From: Bigelowiella natans CCMP2755
Taxonomy: Eukaryota > Protista > Cercozoa
NCBI GenBank assembly: GCA_000320545.1
Contig: ADNK01002937.1
Coordinates: 1 to 38,838, forward strand
DNA: 38,838 nucleotides
Reading direction: 5' to 3'
Shown: positions 10,430 to 23,555 of the stretch, one piece after another
How the letters are laid out: every line of letters starts with the position of its first letter
Position numbering within the stretch: the first letter of the stretch is position 1
Translations under genes and position numbers: made by a program
Notes under the pieces: generated by a model
Told to the model about the DNA's origin: nothing
The model's input: the letters and a program-made list of their open reading frames with translations, nothing else
Databases searched by the model: none

Positions 10430-13400
10430 TTAATCATGAAGCAATGGAGTAGCTTCGCTTTTCTGATCCGCTATTTCTAAAATGCTGATTCTACGTTTTT
10501 GCTCACCGTCACCTATTTTTTCATCATCAATGACAAATTCGGGATCTTTTGGTACTTCTTTCAAAGGATTTCCTACATCTAGACGCATGCACGGCTGCTC
10601 CCACATGTGTAATTTACGTGAAAGGTTCAGAAACTCTGTCACTTTTTGTTGCGGTCGTTCAGAGTCCAAGTTTGCAGCATTTGACAATGTCATGCTTAAA
10701 TCCGTCATCAACTGACCGAACGTTGTAGTCAAGTGAGAACTATACAACCATGTTACGATTGGAAGCGGAAATAAGAGAAATTGTTGCATATATCCGAACT
10801 TTAATCCAAGAATAATCATCAGCGAACTTTGTGCTAGCACCAACCCGTGCAGCATGAACTTTATTATTACCGGCCAGAACATGCCTGTTAACACCAATTC
10901 ATCTGAATCAGTTTTCGATGTCTATTGAATGAAAGAATAATCCAGATACCTACCATATGTTTCGAATGAGGGCGTATGGACGTAAAGCAGCTGATACTTT
11001 TGAATGAGGTAATCGAAGGAAAAATATATTGTAGCGAATGGTAGAATAATTGGAGCCACAGTTGAGTAGCAGCATGAAATCGTGAAGATCAGACATCCAA
11101 ATGCAAGATAGGTTCCGTATTGGAAATAATAGGGCTTCATTGCCTCTCGTAGCTCATAGTCAACATCAGCCATGGACTGTCAATTTTGTATGAATCATGG
11201 AATAACTTAGTGAATTATCGATACTCATCCCTAATAGTTTACCGCAAATATTATGGTGAGGAATAACTTTCCCATCCGAATTAGTTTCTGTGCGTTCACA
11301 GCTAGTCCCTATATATGAAATCATAGATGAATCCAAAACTTGAAATTTTGCAAATAAATGCCATTACTTGAAGCATCATATATTGGATCATCACGGCTGA
11401 AACCTGAGGAACCTCAGCACCAAGAAGCTGCCAGGGAATATGTAGTTGTACAGTTGATATTTGGCATGGTGTCAGTATAGTTATTTGCTCTGGAGATATC
11501 ATTCTCATCGTTCAACCTCGAAAGTTTTCAAAGGCCGCTTAATTGCATCTTGTATAACAGAGAATACTGAACTGTTGATATGAAACAAGAAAGGATTTGA
11601 ACTAGCAATTAAATGAAACGCGAGATTTTACCTTGATATAAGCGTAACAAAATATATGTTCACGAGAAGAAATACATAATACGTTCCAAAGTATTCGATC
11701 TCCAACTGGCTCCCTGATAAAACAAGCAGACATGCTAAACATGTGGCAAACCTTCCCCGAAATGTTTACCTTCGGCAACCCCAGTTTTATAGATAATTCC
11801 ACGAATTATAGGCTGAAAACGTTATGGGATATTTCGTCCAGATCTGAAATGTTACTAGAACGCTACCTGGACGAGGATCATTATGACTACACGCCAAAGT
11901 GTAGGGCCAAATCCCTCAATAAGGGCTTTACCCTAATATAATATTTTTCCCAAAAGTCATAGCTCTTTCCAATAGACAATAGTTGCGTTGATTACAGAGC
12001 TGGGAAGCTGTGCAAGAGGCTCCATCGCTGGGTACGTATTGGCTGATGGCATCATGGCTAATAAAAACTCGACCTCAATAATCACATGGAAGGTTCACCC
12101 AAAGCATCCACGTCTGAGAGAGCGCCACCAAGTGCAACCTGGGTTTGTAGAGAGAGGCGGATTATGTCAGCTTTGGATTGTGTCACACTTCCCAATCGTT
12201 ACCGGAATAGCCCAGAAGATTATAAGAGCAACCAGAGCAACATAGGATGTAGAGCTCATCACATTCATTTGTGCTTTGCTTGGAATGTTGCACATATTTT
12301 CCCTGCAAAAACAAAATTAGGGTATAGCCATCCGACATTCTAAAGGGCTGAACCATAAAATATCACGGGGCTTAGGAGCAGGCTTAACCTATTCACGCAC
12401 AAATATGAATCCATCCGTAACAGAAATTTAAAAGAATTAACAATTCCACAAATATCAAACGCTGCAGTCTCGATTATTGTTTGGTAAATAGTCATTCAAT
12501 TGCCTGCCAACTTGTTCCTTCAGTAAGTGTTGTATCCCTGTGATAAGATTGCTTAGATCGTTTGAAGAAAGATGATTAAATATTTATTATCAGAAATTAC
12601 GCTGCTTTTGTGGCGACAGTAATTAGTTTGAATGTAACAAAAGCTGCGTTGCAGAACTCTCCTTGATCTCGAACACTTGTTATCTTTTCTTGGAGTTCCT
12701 CAACTTTTTCTTCATGATATCTCTCAGATTCCACCTTAAATTGTTAATATTGATGCTGACATAGTTTAACAACGCTTTCAATTGTAAATTCAAAAACCTC
12801 CTCTCCAAAGCATCCGCAAAATCCGAGTTTTTCTGTGATTTTCCCCTTGCGGTCTTCATTTTTTTTCTTAGCCTTTAGCATGGCTAGATACTCCTATAAA
12901 CAAATGGATATACGAATATTTTGCAATTATTTCATTCACAAATGTCGAGAGAGAGAAAAAGTCCTTACCTTCTTCAGTTCTTCACAATCGAGTCTCATGC
13001 TCTCCCTGTTATAAACAGGTGACACAAAGGCAACCTGACCAGGATATAGCCGGTCGAGGAACTTCTTGATCAACTCCGCAGTGTTATGTGACTCTGGTAT
13101 CCGATATATCATTACCTTGGATGTATAACTAATCTTAAATAATACATACTTCCACTTAATTGTTAGCCTGTTATATTCTTGGCACTTACGGTATAGTGAC
13201 TGCTTCCGCCTGTTTTCATAGATCTTCTTCGCAAATCAAGTATTGTAAGATAGTTGCTGTATGTGAATATCATGCTGATTATGGTCGCGATCCACATAAC
13301 GATTGCTGGTGCCTGAGATAGATTCTAGAAGTGTAATCTCAACCATACACGGAGTAACATTAGACACTATTTTGCGCCTCCTTTAAGTACCCATAGAAAA

Positions 13401-14119
13401 TCACTCGATTGTGAGATGTTCGCCAAGGTGAGCTTGGAAAGGCCTACATCAGCGAAAATAAATACTCCAGTCTTCAGAAACATATGATGTTGAACCCTGT
13501 TCTCCTTTTTTTCCTTGAGAAAATATTGGAACTAATATGACTAGGCCAATAAAACTATATGTGCCGACACATAAACACATCATCAGAGTCGGTGATGTAA
13601 AATTTCATAACTTCTTCATCACACCTGAGAATGGTCATGATGGTAGCAGCCATCCTGATGAAATGCAAATAAACTACTGCATCCATTCCAGACCTTTTAC
13701 GTAACACATCAACTTTCAATTACTTGAATATCACTTATGGATTCAGTAACATAGTAACAGAGATTGTTTGATATCAGACTTCCGTAGAACTTCTTCCTCT
13801 GGCATTTTCCACACTCCATACACCCAAGAAAAGACACGCTAGAATATAATTAATGACAATAGATTTCAGAGAACTACACTGACTCCGTACTCCGCATACG
13901 TACATCGAAGTATTAAGCATTAAAAAGTCCGACCTGAAAAGGGTAGGTTCCTTCGCCCCCTTTCCACCTCGGCGCAAAGAATCCCGGAAAGTAGCCTCGT
14001 AGAAGCTCGAACACGACGACATAGGCAAGGGCAGACAGCACTGCTGGAATGAGAACAGACACGGTAGCTGCATCGTCATCTTCGGGAGGGCTCGAGGGCG
14101 CTGCGGCACTAACCATCAT
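10430..14119 (-). CDS. OSCA/CSC1/TMEM63 (ERD4-like) osmo/mechanosensitive cation channel, many short introns
   Basis: N-terminal TM segment VLSALAYVVVFELLRGYFPGFFAPR. Internal exon SGMDAVVYLHFIRMA matches the GLDA-type motif. The RSN1_7TM C-terminal region reads FQYGTYLAFGCLIFTISCCYSTVAPIILPFATIYFSFDYLIQKYQLLYVHTPSFETYG|MFWP. Stop at 10430. Confidence 0.92.
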
Positions 14120-14321
14120 TGATTTTGTTGGCTGTCTGCGAATTTGGCATCGCGACATGCGTGCCATGCAGGGATGCGATGAAACACGATCGCCCTCCAG
14201 ATTGCGACAATGTCAATCTCATGTCGCAGCTTGCCAAGATGGCCAAGGCTCGCGTGGATTTGGAAAAAACAGCATGCACCTGTGGATGTTTGGGATGAAG
14301 GATTTTGGTTGGTGTTGACTC

Positions 14322-14541
14322 CAGAACTCCATGCTTGAGCATGAACGGGAAACGAAGGTGGATCGCATTCAATTTGCTGGCATCTTGGCTCTTCAAGAAG
14401 CGTCTGAAGCTCATCTTGCTGGTTTGTTCGAAGGTGCCATGCCAACTTGGCAATCTTTGCACAATTCGTGCAAAAACGTGTGACCATTTGGCCAAAAGAC
14501 CTTCAATGAGCAAGGCGCATCAGAGGCGAAAGGACCCAGAA
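14322..14541 (+). pseudogene. Degenerate fragment of a divergent histone H3 variant (loop 1 to C-terminus; CenH3-like features)
   Basis: From 14361 it reads [26 protein letters not shown] [13-nt insertion] NLCTIRAK [+1 A] [18 protein letters not shown]. Canonical H3 is [55 protein letters not shown]. There are two frameshifts and an in-frame TGA, and no recognisable N-terminal part. It is not visible in the ORF track. Confidence 0.9.
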
Positions 14542-15095
14542 GTGTGCGTGTTTTTGACTCCACTGGAGGTGTGGAAAACGTTGAGGATCACTCTTGTTGA
14601 CATTGCTGAATTGGGGCCGGTGCATCGTGGTGTTTTGGCACTTTGGCACCTTGAAGAACACCACCCGAGCGACAAACGTGTTGACACTGCGTGCGTGCGT
14701 GGAGAATGCAATGGTGTTGTGATTGAATGCGATCGCATCAAAGTGGCGGCAGCAAGTATCGGGTGCTGTCAGCTTTGTTTGCACCAAAAACAGCGCTAGA
14801 GCGGCTAGCAGTTGGTGCGTGCCACTGCGGGCAACTGCTAGACTGCTAGAACTGTGAGTATTTCATTGTGCGCGCCAAGACCTTTGCGATGTTGTGATTG
14901 GATTTGAGGCAATGTCAGATGACCAATTGTGCAGTTGAGTGGCATGGAATGCAGTGAGCTGCATGACAACAGATTGCACACATTGTGCGTGCAGCATGTG
15001 TCACGTGCGCATGTCTGCAGTGCTAGAGTGCAATGCCATTCATCATCACTTGGATTGCTAGATTGGTCTAACCGATTTCATCCATGCTAGCATGG

Positions 15096-18000
15096 CTACA
15101 CTAAAAGTCTTAATAAAGAAAATCTCTGGATAATTGCGTGCGTCGGCTGTTTTAAAGCCGCTGCTTTTTGATCTAACGTTCATAGCTAATCGCGATGGAT
15201 GCTAATCGCCATTCTCACCTAGCCACATGAGCCCTTTCGAATTTTGGAATTTTACTGAAGCCCAGAATACCCTCTTGCATCAGCCACGGATCTAAAGACT
15301 GCGAAGCACAAAGTAGAGAAATTCGATCATGCAATGCGCGATTCATAAGGCAAGTGAAGGAAGAAACAAAAAACGGAAAGAATGAAAGTGAGGTCCAACC
15401 TGCGCAGAGCTGATTCCTCCGCCGAATGCCAGTCTTCGATCTAGCCTCCCAGCCACCATTCCACCGCCACTGCTACTGGTAGCTTTGAAAGCTCTCACGA
15501 TTGGATCTGACGTCGGCAAAGCACCTTCTAACGTGGGCAGCATACGTCCTATGTAGTCACGCATTCTACTAGTCTTTGGCACCGCACGTTTCGCACTCGT
15601 TTCGACCGCCGACGCTGACGCCGACAGCTTGCTGCTAGCGCTGCTCGCGCCCCCGCCAGCAGCAGCGCTCCTACTTCTTTTCACGCCGCCGCTACCGCCG
15701 CTTCGACGTGCCGAGCTGTAAAGACGTGAGATTGCATGGATCCATCCCAATAATCTGTGGAAGACGGGTGAGTAGTTTCTCCGACGTTCCAGCACTAGTG
15801 GTGCCAGAAGTCCTTCATCCTCCTCCTCCTCCTCCTCCTCCTCCTCCTCCTCGGAGCTCCATGGGCGGCGTCGATTGTGATGACGAGATGGTACTTTTAC
15901 ATGGATTATTTTGAGAGACGCCAGCTTGGCTATGGACCCCAGCACCTTCGCTACTAGGCTTTCTGGTAGTGCAGCCGTCTCTGTTGTTAGCTTCTTCGGC
16001 CCAAAGCGCAGCAGCAAGCTCCCAACAGCAGCTACGTGCGCCTCCACCACCCATTGTACCTTTGGTAAAAAATACGATACGACAGTGATCAGTACACTAG
16101 CAGCATTACAACGAACGATGACGACGACGACGATAATGGCAACAGCGACGCGACGAAGGACAGCGTGCACACATCATCCCCTACCGCTCTCGAGGCGTTT
16201 GCGCTGAGGAAGAGGAATTTGCGGTGACGGCGAGCTGATGGCGCCGTTACTTTTTCCGAGGAGAGCGATGGGAGGGGGGGCCGTCCGGTGTTAGGGGTAT
16301 CATCAGGCCCTTTCTGATGTTGTTGTGGTGGTGATTGTTGTTGTTGTTGTTGTTGCTGCTGCTGCTGCTGATCCTGTAGAGCTGCAGGCGAACAGGGGTT
16401 AGTGTGAGGGGTGTGGGCTGCTCGAGGCGTATGAGGCGTGGACGGTGTACTAGGGGAAGTGGTTGTAGCAGTAGCACCGACGGTACTAGAAGGTCTTCTA
16501 TCCTCTCCTCTTGCTCCCCCATCTCTTCCCTTTGTTCTTCCTCTCGTTTTGCCGTCCTCTTCCTCGGAGAGCATCGTCAGCAGCTTCTCAAGGAGCTTTG
16601 CCAACAGCGTCACGTGTTCTCGGATCATACGAGGGTTAAGGCGCTGCTCTTGCCGCTGCTGCCTCCCCAAGGGGGATGAGGAGGAGGCAGAGGGAGGAGA
16701 GGGCGATGGCGACGGCGAGGGGGGGGACACAGGCAATGATGGTGGATGCGATGATGATAAAGAGGTCATGGATTCTGCTCTTGGCAGTGAGGAGGAAGGG
16801 GGAGGAGGACGGGCTGATGATGATGATGACGATGAGGAGGATAGGGATTGAAGATCTGCTTGACCAATCGATGCTAGAATAAACGACGAAATAGCGCGAC
16901 AGCTGTCTGGTGGCTGATTCATGTGCCATTCAAAGGCTCGGTCGGCAGCGTCTAAGTATCCTGAGAGGCTATCAACATCATCATCATCGTCGTCGCCCCT
17001 CGCCTTCTTCCCTTCTTCATCCTCCTGGTCAGCAGCGTTAGCAGCAGCAGCACCAGTCGTCTCAACCTGCATCGCCGAGCCGCCATTCTTGCTCTCATCA
17101 CCGCCTGCGGCTGCTGCACACTTCTTCGTCCTGCTGCTGATAATCGCTGGCGGTGCCGTCGCTTTGGCAAGGCTGTCGAGGGATTCGCAGATGGAGCTTT
17201 GATATGCAGTCAGCGCCATGGGAAGGACCTGTTCGTGAGGACGAAGAAACCATAGCAATATGGTGGGTGGATAAGGAATCATCGTGAAAAGATATCAGCG
17301 GTGCCATCGTCATGCCCCACCACCTCCTCCTCTCCTAACAGCTGCGCGGGAGGACATATAACGTCTCCTTATCCTCTACCCCCCCATCCCCATCGTCATC
17401 CCATCATAATAACAACAATCATCACCATCGCCATCATCATCAATAGCACACGACGCACACAGCGAAGGACGACGTGATCGCACCTGATCCATGAAGCGGT
17501 AGGCAAGGCCCGGAACGAACATCAGATAAAGCACACCCACGTCTATCCCGCCCCCCCCTCCTCCTCGACCGCCACGCAGCTGCTCTGCTGTGGTGGTGGT
17601 GGTAGTAACACCGAAGTCGTTCCTATTAAAGGAGGAGGAGGAGGAGGGCAAAGGGAGCAATAGAAGCTCCGCCTGTAGGCTGCTGAGCAATTTGTTACTG
17701 GTGCTTAGATATGTAGCACTATCCCTTCCTCCCCCTCCCCGATCTTCGTCATCGTCGCTGCAAGCGGAGCCATTCAAGTTTCGAGTGGCCGCAACCACTT
17801 TCTCAACGCTGGCCACAAGGCACTGATGAAGCACGTCCCAATGCGAGTGCTGCTGCTTTCGGATCCTCCCCCGTCCACCTCTTCTATCACTATGACTTAC
17901 AATACCACCACCACCACTACTATTTCTTCTATGCTGATCATCATTTTCATTATTGCCACTGCTTTTATGGAGACCATCGCCGCCTCCCCGCTGCTGCTCT

Positions 18001-20438
18001 ACTCGCCCCAGCAGGCAGCATCCGCCGGGCACCATTCGCTGCAGTACGCGGAGGAAGTGCAGCCTGTGCTCGTGCGACTTGAGCTGCCTTGCCACGGTGA
18101 GCCCCACCTCCTCTGGGGAGGCCACCCACTGCGCATAGAGCTCTTTGCGCATCATCATCATCATCGTCGTCGTCGTCGTCGTCCTCATCCGCACAGCAGT
18201 AGGCTCGAGGAGGAGCAGCTTTTTGGAGACCAGCTGGATGGTGATGTCTCGTAGGAGGTGGGGGTTGCACGAGAGCATCACTCGGAAGGCTCCCAGTGAG
18301 CAGCAGCAGCGGCGGCGGCGGCACAACGACAACGACAACGAGGAGGAGGAGGAGGAGGAGGAGGAGGAAGAACCAGCACCAACGCCATCAAACTCTGGGT
18401 AGCTCTGCTGCTGATGCTGCGTTGAGGGGGGGAGGGGGAGAGGAGTCGTGAACAAAAAACGCGCCATTTGTAGCCATAAGGAGGAGGAGTAGGGGGAGGA
18501 ATTAGGGGTGTGTGATGATGATGACGATGATGATGGTGGTGGTGGTAGTGGTGGTGATGCCGTCGATAAGGAGGAACTACTGGCGTTATTTGTTTGCGGC
18601 TCTTCTGTTGATTTGGATGCAGACGCCCTCTCTTCTCTGCCTCTATCTCCGCCGCCATGAGAAATGTGGTTCCCGCCGTTCGGCCTCCCTCCCCTCCCGG
18701 TCGTATTCGTCGTCGTCGCAATGAGTGCCTCTTTGATTGGGTTGAGCACGAATGAGGGCTTTATGATCGAGTACTGGACCATAGTCGCTATCATGATGAT
18801 GATATACCGATCGCTTTCCCAAACATTGCGGCTGCTCATTGCTTCTTCAATGATCCGCCGCCCTGCTACCGTCCAATCATCCGCACAACCGCTACGAGTG
18901 GTGGCGGGGGGGGGAGCGGCAGTCGTGCCCGCTGAAGATGCAGTATCACCAGCTGCAATGCCGGCTGCGAGCCGACCTTCCTCCCCCCGCCCTCCCTCCT
19001 TTTCTTTTTCGTCTCCTCCCTTCTTCTCTTTTGCTGCCGCAGCAGCTGCTGACGTCCCGCCAGAATGGTGGCCGGAATCAACTTTACCGAGGAGCATGCG
19101 AGGAATGAACACGGAGAGTGCGTATTGCCAGTGGGTGGTGGTGGTGGTGGTGGTGGCAGAAGTGGTAGTAGAGGTAGTAGGAGTCGTGGAAGTGGTAGCA
19201 GCAGCTGCAGAGCTGGCAGCTGAAGGATCCGCAGCAGCCGTGGCTGGTGCTAGCGACGAGGTCGGTGCCGATGTCGATGCGCCGCCGCAACCGCCGCCGC
19301 CGCCGCCGCCGCCGCCGTTCCGCCCCCAGCGCTCTATCAACGCCTCCGCAATCATCACGAGGGCGCGGATCCGATGGACGCACAGCCAGTGCTCGTAGTT
19401 GGCGAGCCTGAAGACAGACCCGGCGTTTATGGCCGATGCGAGGAGCGCTGCTAGCGCGACTGCTTGGCACTCGTTGACGAGGCGGCCGTTCACGGGGCTG
19501 CTGGCAGCTGCTGCGTTGTCGCTCCCGGGATCGGGGCTAGGGGCGGCGGTGGCGGCGAAGGAGACGATGTGTTCGATCATGACGTTGGCCTTGGCCATTG
19601 AGGAAGAGAGGTCTCTCAGGTCTCTAGCACTGAGAACCTGGTAGAGCAAGTGCTGGTAAAGCTGATCCGCAGCCTGTTCCAGCGTCTTGCCCAGTGGGGA
19701 GGAGGAGGGGGAGGAGGAGGAGGAGGAGGAGGAAACAGTAGCACCAGAAACTAGCGGTGAGGAGATGGATGATGGTGGCTGCATCTGCTGCATTCCTCCC
19801 TCGCCACCTCCTCCTACCCCTTCGGGTGAAAGCGGCTTCGGTGGCGATGGCGAGGGGGGGGAGGAGGGGGGTTGGATGACGATGTCGGGTGTCTCAGGTA
19901 CTGCGGGGGAGGACGTTGACATCTTCTTCGCTGGGAAAGACGAGGAGCTTGAATTGTGCCGTATGGTGGCAGTCGAAGACTCTTTCCTCTCTGGCTGCTG
20001 CTGCTGCTGCTGCTGCTGCTGTTTCTCATCCAGATAATCGCTGCTATGCTGCTTCGGTATCACCGTGCTCTTTGTCTTCTTCTTCCTCATCATCTTCATC
20101 ACCTGCTGCTGGAGTTTCAGCTGTTTCGAGACAGCGCCGACCGCCTTGCCGTTGGCAAGATTTTCATGCAGCAGAGATGCTAGCCTGCTGTGCTTGCACA
20201 CACGCATGCGAAGCAGCCACCGATTACCCAGCACTCTGCGGTCCTTTCGGGTGGTAAATCCAGGCTGTTTTTCCGACGCGACGGATGCGCTCAGCAGAAC
20301 GTTGTGCGCACACGCCATCACGATTGCGCCCGTGGTTTTCGGATTGCTTGATAGAATCATCCAGTATCTGAGCAGCATTGAGCAGAAGGCAGCACCAGCA
20401 CGTGTTTTTTATGACGATTAGTAGGATGATGATGATGG

Positions 20439-20469
<31 letters not shown>

Positions 20470-20501
20470 GATGATGGTTATTATCATTATTATTATGAGT
20501 A

Positions 20502-20535
<34 letters not shown>

Positions 20536-21736
20536 CAAACTTACTCTTGAATCGCTGCGACGAGTGGCGGGCCGAGATGTAGCAGCTGGACGTCTTTGAG
20601 CAGGTCTCGCACAAGTTTGGGCAGATGTGATGATATCGAATCCAGATTAGACCTGCAACCACAACACAATGAGGAGGCCCGCGCACATATACCAACGGTC
20701 TATTTAATAGCCACAACCCCTCTTCTAACCCCTCTTCCTCCTCCCCCCTCCTCCTCACCAGCAATGATTTATGTGATGCTTGGTGATTGACGAGGAGGCT
20801 GCGTGAATGAAATCATGGCATAGCAAAATATCTGCACGTAATAGTGTAAGTATTGATTTATCATCATCATCGTCATCATCATCGAGCTTGTAGTATTACA
20901 AAAGGTTAGTGAGGAAGCGAATGACTTCCACGTGCCATTTCTTTGATGAGAGGTATCTGGCCTGGTGATGAGAGAAAGATGGGCTTCCTCCTCCTCCCCC
21001 TCCTCCTGGTGCTGCTACCGATGATGATAATGACGAAGGAGGGGGGGGGGACGTGGAGAGTGATGAGGAGATGCTATCTCCAGGCGGGCTGCTTGTTGTC
21101 GCTGCTGCCGCTGCTGGAGCAGTGGAAGGGGCGCCACCGGTGAGATGCTCTGTCACGATTTTCCTGATGAGCTTGCTCAGCAGCTCGGTACGCAGGTGGA
21201 GGGGCAGGCAGCATAGCACCCTAGACACCCACTGCAGCCCACATACGGAGATGCACGCCCCTGTTTGCAGCACCCCCTTCTCCAGCGCCTGCTTCCTTTC
21301 CCCACTGACCGCGGACCAGACGGCCTCGATATCCGCCGAGAAAAACTGGCTGCACACTCCACGGGATGATGATGATGATGAGGAGGAGGAGGAGGAGGAG
21401 AAGGAGGCGGAGCGCACAATGCTTCTCAGCGTTCGTATCGTCTCGATGGCCTTCTCGGAGCTGCGGCAGCCCAGTAAGGATTGGGAGAGGAGAGGGCGGG
21501 ATTCCTGGTGACGACGACGATGATGATGATGATGATGATGATACCCCCCGAGGGTCCCAAGGGGATGCGGCAGGCATGACAGCACCATGCTCCATGATAC
21601 TCCAACGATTGCCTTCTCGAGGCCGGTGAAGTTTCCGAGAAGGAAGGAACTAGGCGGGGGGGGAGAAAGATACATAATAAACGGAGGAGGAGGAGGTGGT
21701 GGTAGTGGTGATATAGAAGTATTAGTAGAAGTAGTA

Positions 21737-21773
<37 letters not shown>

Positions 21774-22781
21774 AGGTTACAGGCGGAGGAGGGGGAGACA
21801 GAGGAGGAGGGGGATTGCGAAATAGACGATGGTGCATGTGGTTGTTATCATCATCATCATCATCATCAATATCATCATTATCATCATTATCATCATTAAT
21901 CGTTATCATCATGGTGATTAATCCAGGGATCCTTGTTCATTCAATCCAGCGCAACATCACCACCACGCACAACAAAATACCAAAAAAGCCCCTCCTCCTC
22001 CTACAACAACCAACAACAACAATCACCGCACTATCACCACTACATACTTGCGCTGATAGCGAATGTTGCTGATGATAAGGGGCTGCTGCTCCTTCCTATC
22101 GCTCGTAGCGGCTGAGTGCTTCTTCCTCTTCCTTCTATTCGCACTGCCGCTACTACCATATTTTGTCATCAAAGCATTAGTAGCAGTCGCCATTCCTCCT
22201 AGCTTCTTCCTCTTGAGATTTGGCTGCTGCTGCTGCTGCTGCTTGTTGTTGTTGTCGTTGTTGTTGTTGTTCACGCTGATGACGATTCCCTGCTCTTTCC
22301 TACTGGTTCCGCGAACGCTATTCAGTATCCTGCTGCCGTAGCAGTAGAAGAGCAAGCGCCACGATCATTCTGCTTCTTCATTATGATTTTGATGATCATC
22401 ATCATCTCCATATGCCTGATGTGGAGGCGCAACAACAAAAACACCCCCGACGACCGGTACACATAAACGAAGAAGATCGCTGCTGCTGGTAGCACCCCCC
22501 CCTTCTGCACCTGCTTCTTCCTCCCCACAGCCCACCCGGCGGACAGATCTCCCTCGGAGGAGAAAAAAAAATACCCGCAAAAAAAGGAGGAGGAGGAGGA
22601 GGAGGAGGAGGAGGAGGAGGAGGCGTCCTCGGCTGATCTTCCTAGCGCCGTGACGTGTGGTGGTCTTGGAAGAGATCCAGTAGCGAGCAGCTTACGGAAA
22701 TAACTATCGTACCGGAAAAAACCCAGCCTGAAGACGACGGACAACAGACAAACGACGAAGCAGTAGCATCAGTCAATGATA

Positions 22782-22817
<36 letters not shown>

Positions 22818-23195
22818 AATGGTTGTCGTTGAAAGAACCAACACACACACAACGACAATGGAGGGAGTCCTCGCAGGGGACGTATCTGCTGCTGCTGGCT
22901 GCTATAAATACCGTGTCATTTCCCGAAACAGCGCAGAGATCTTCTCGATCTGTCGGGTTTTGAGTCATTATCATCATCATCATAATCATAATCATTATCG
23001 TCGTCGTGCGATTTGGTGTTGTTGTTGTTGTTGTCGTCGTCATTTGTTGCTTGTGGATCTCGCTCTCGTTCGCGTGGCATCTTAGGGATTCTCTCCTTAT
23101 TTTGTTGCGTATTGTTTCCGTGTGTGGCCTCTCTCTCTTTCTCTCTCTCCCTCCCTCCCCTTCCCTCTCCCTCCCAGCGCGTAACATGATCACAC

Positions 23196-23231
<36 letters not shown>

Positions 23232-23519
23232 AACACAGACCTCATCGAGTTCGCTTGGGAGGAAGTTTTCCAAGAAGCAAAAGCCAATGGTGGTGAAGTC
23301 CTTGGCCGGGAGAAGAGTAGCGCCTGCTGCAGAGATGATTGATGCCTTATTATTCATCTTTTTCTTCTTCTTCTTCTTTATCCGAGAAACTGCCATTCGC
23401 AGATCCGCATGGAAGGGGTATTCCGTATGCGTGTGTAATATGGACAACGCCATCGCCAGCTTATCAGCGAATCCGAGGTACTTCCTGCTCGGGAACAAAA
23501 ACCAAAAAAACACGCAGCG

Positions 23520-23555
<36 letters not shown>

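Noticed and set aside
14109-14799. Several overlapping ORFs on both strands, including a sulfotransferase-like VFFKVPKC..TT motif
   Set aside because: Absence of TpA removes TAA and TAG stops in all six frames and so inflates ORF length. The single short motif is too weak to call.
14112-15095. CpG methylation decay or fungal-type RIP as the cause of TG/CA richness
   Set aside because: CpG remains plentiful and TpA is depleted rather than enriched.
17590-22341. Numerous + strand ORFs with poly-V/M/E/R runs
   Set aside because: They are antisense or out-of-frame translations of MED12 trinucleotide repeats.
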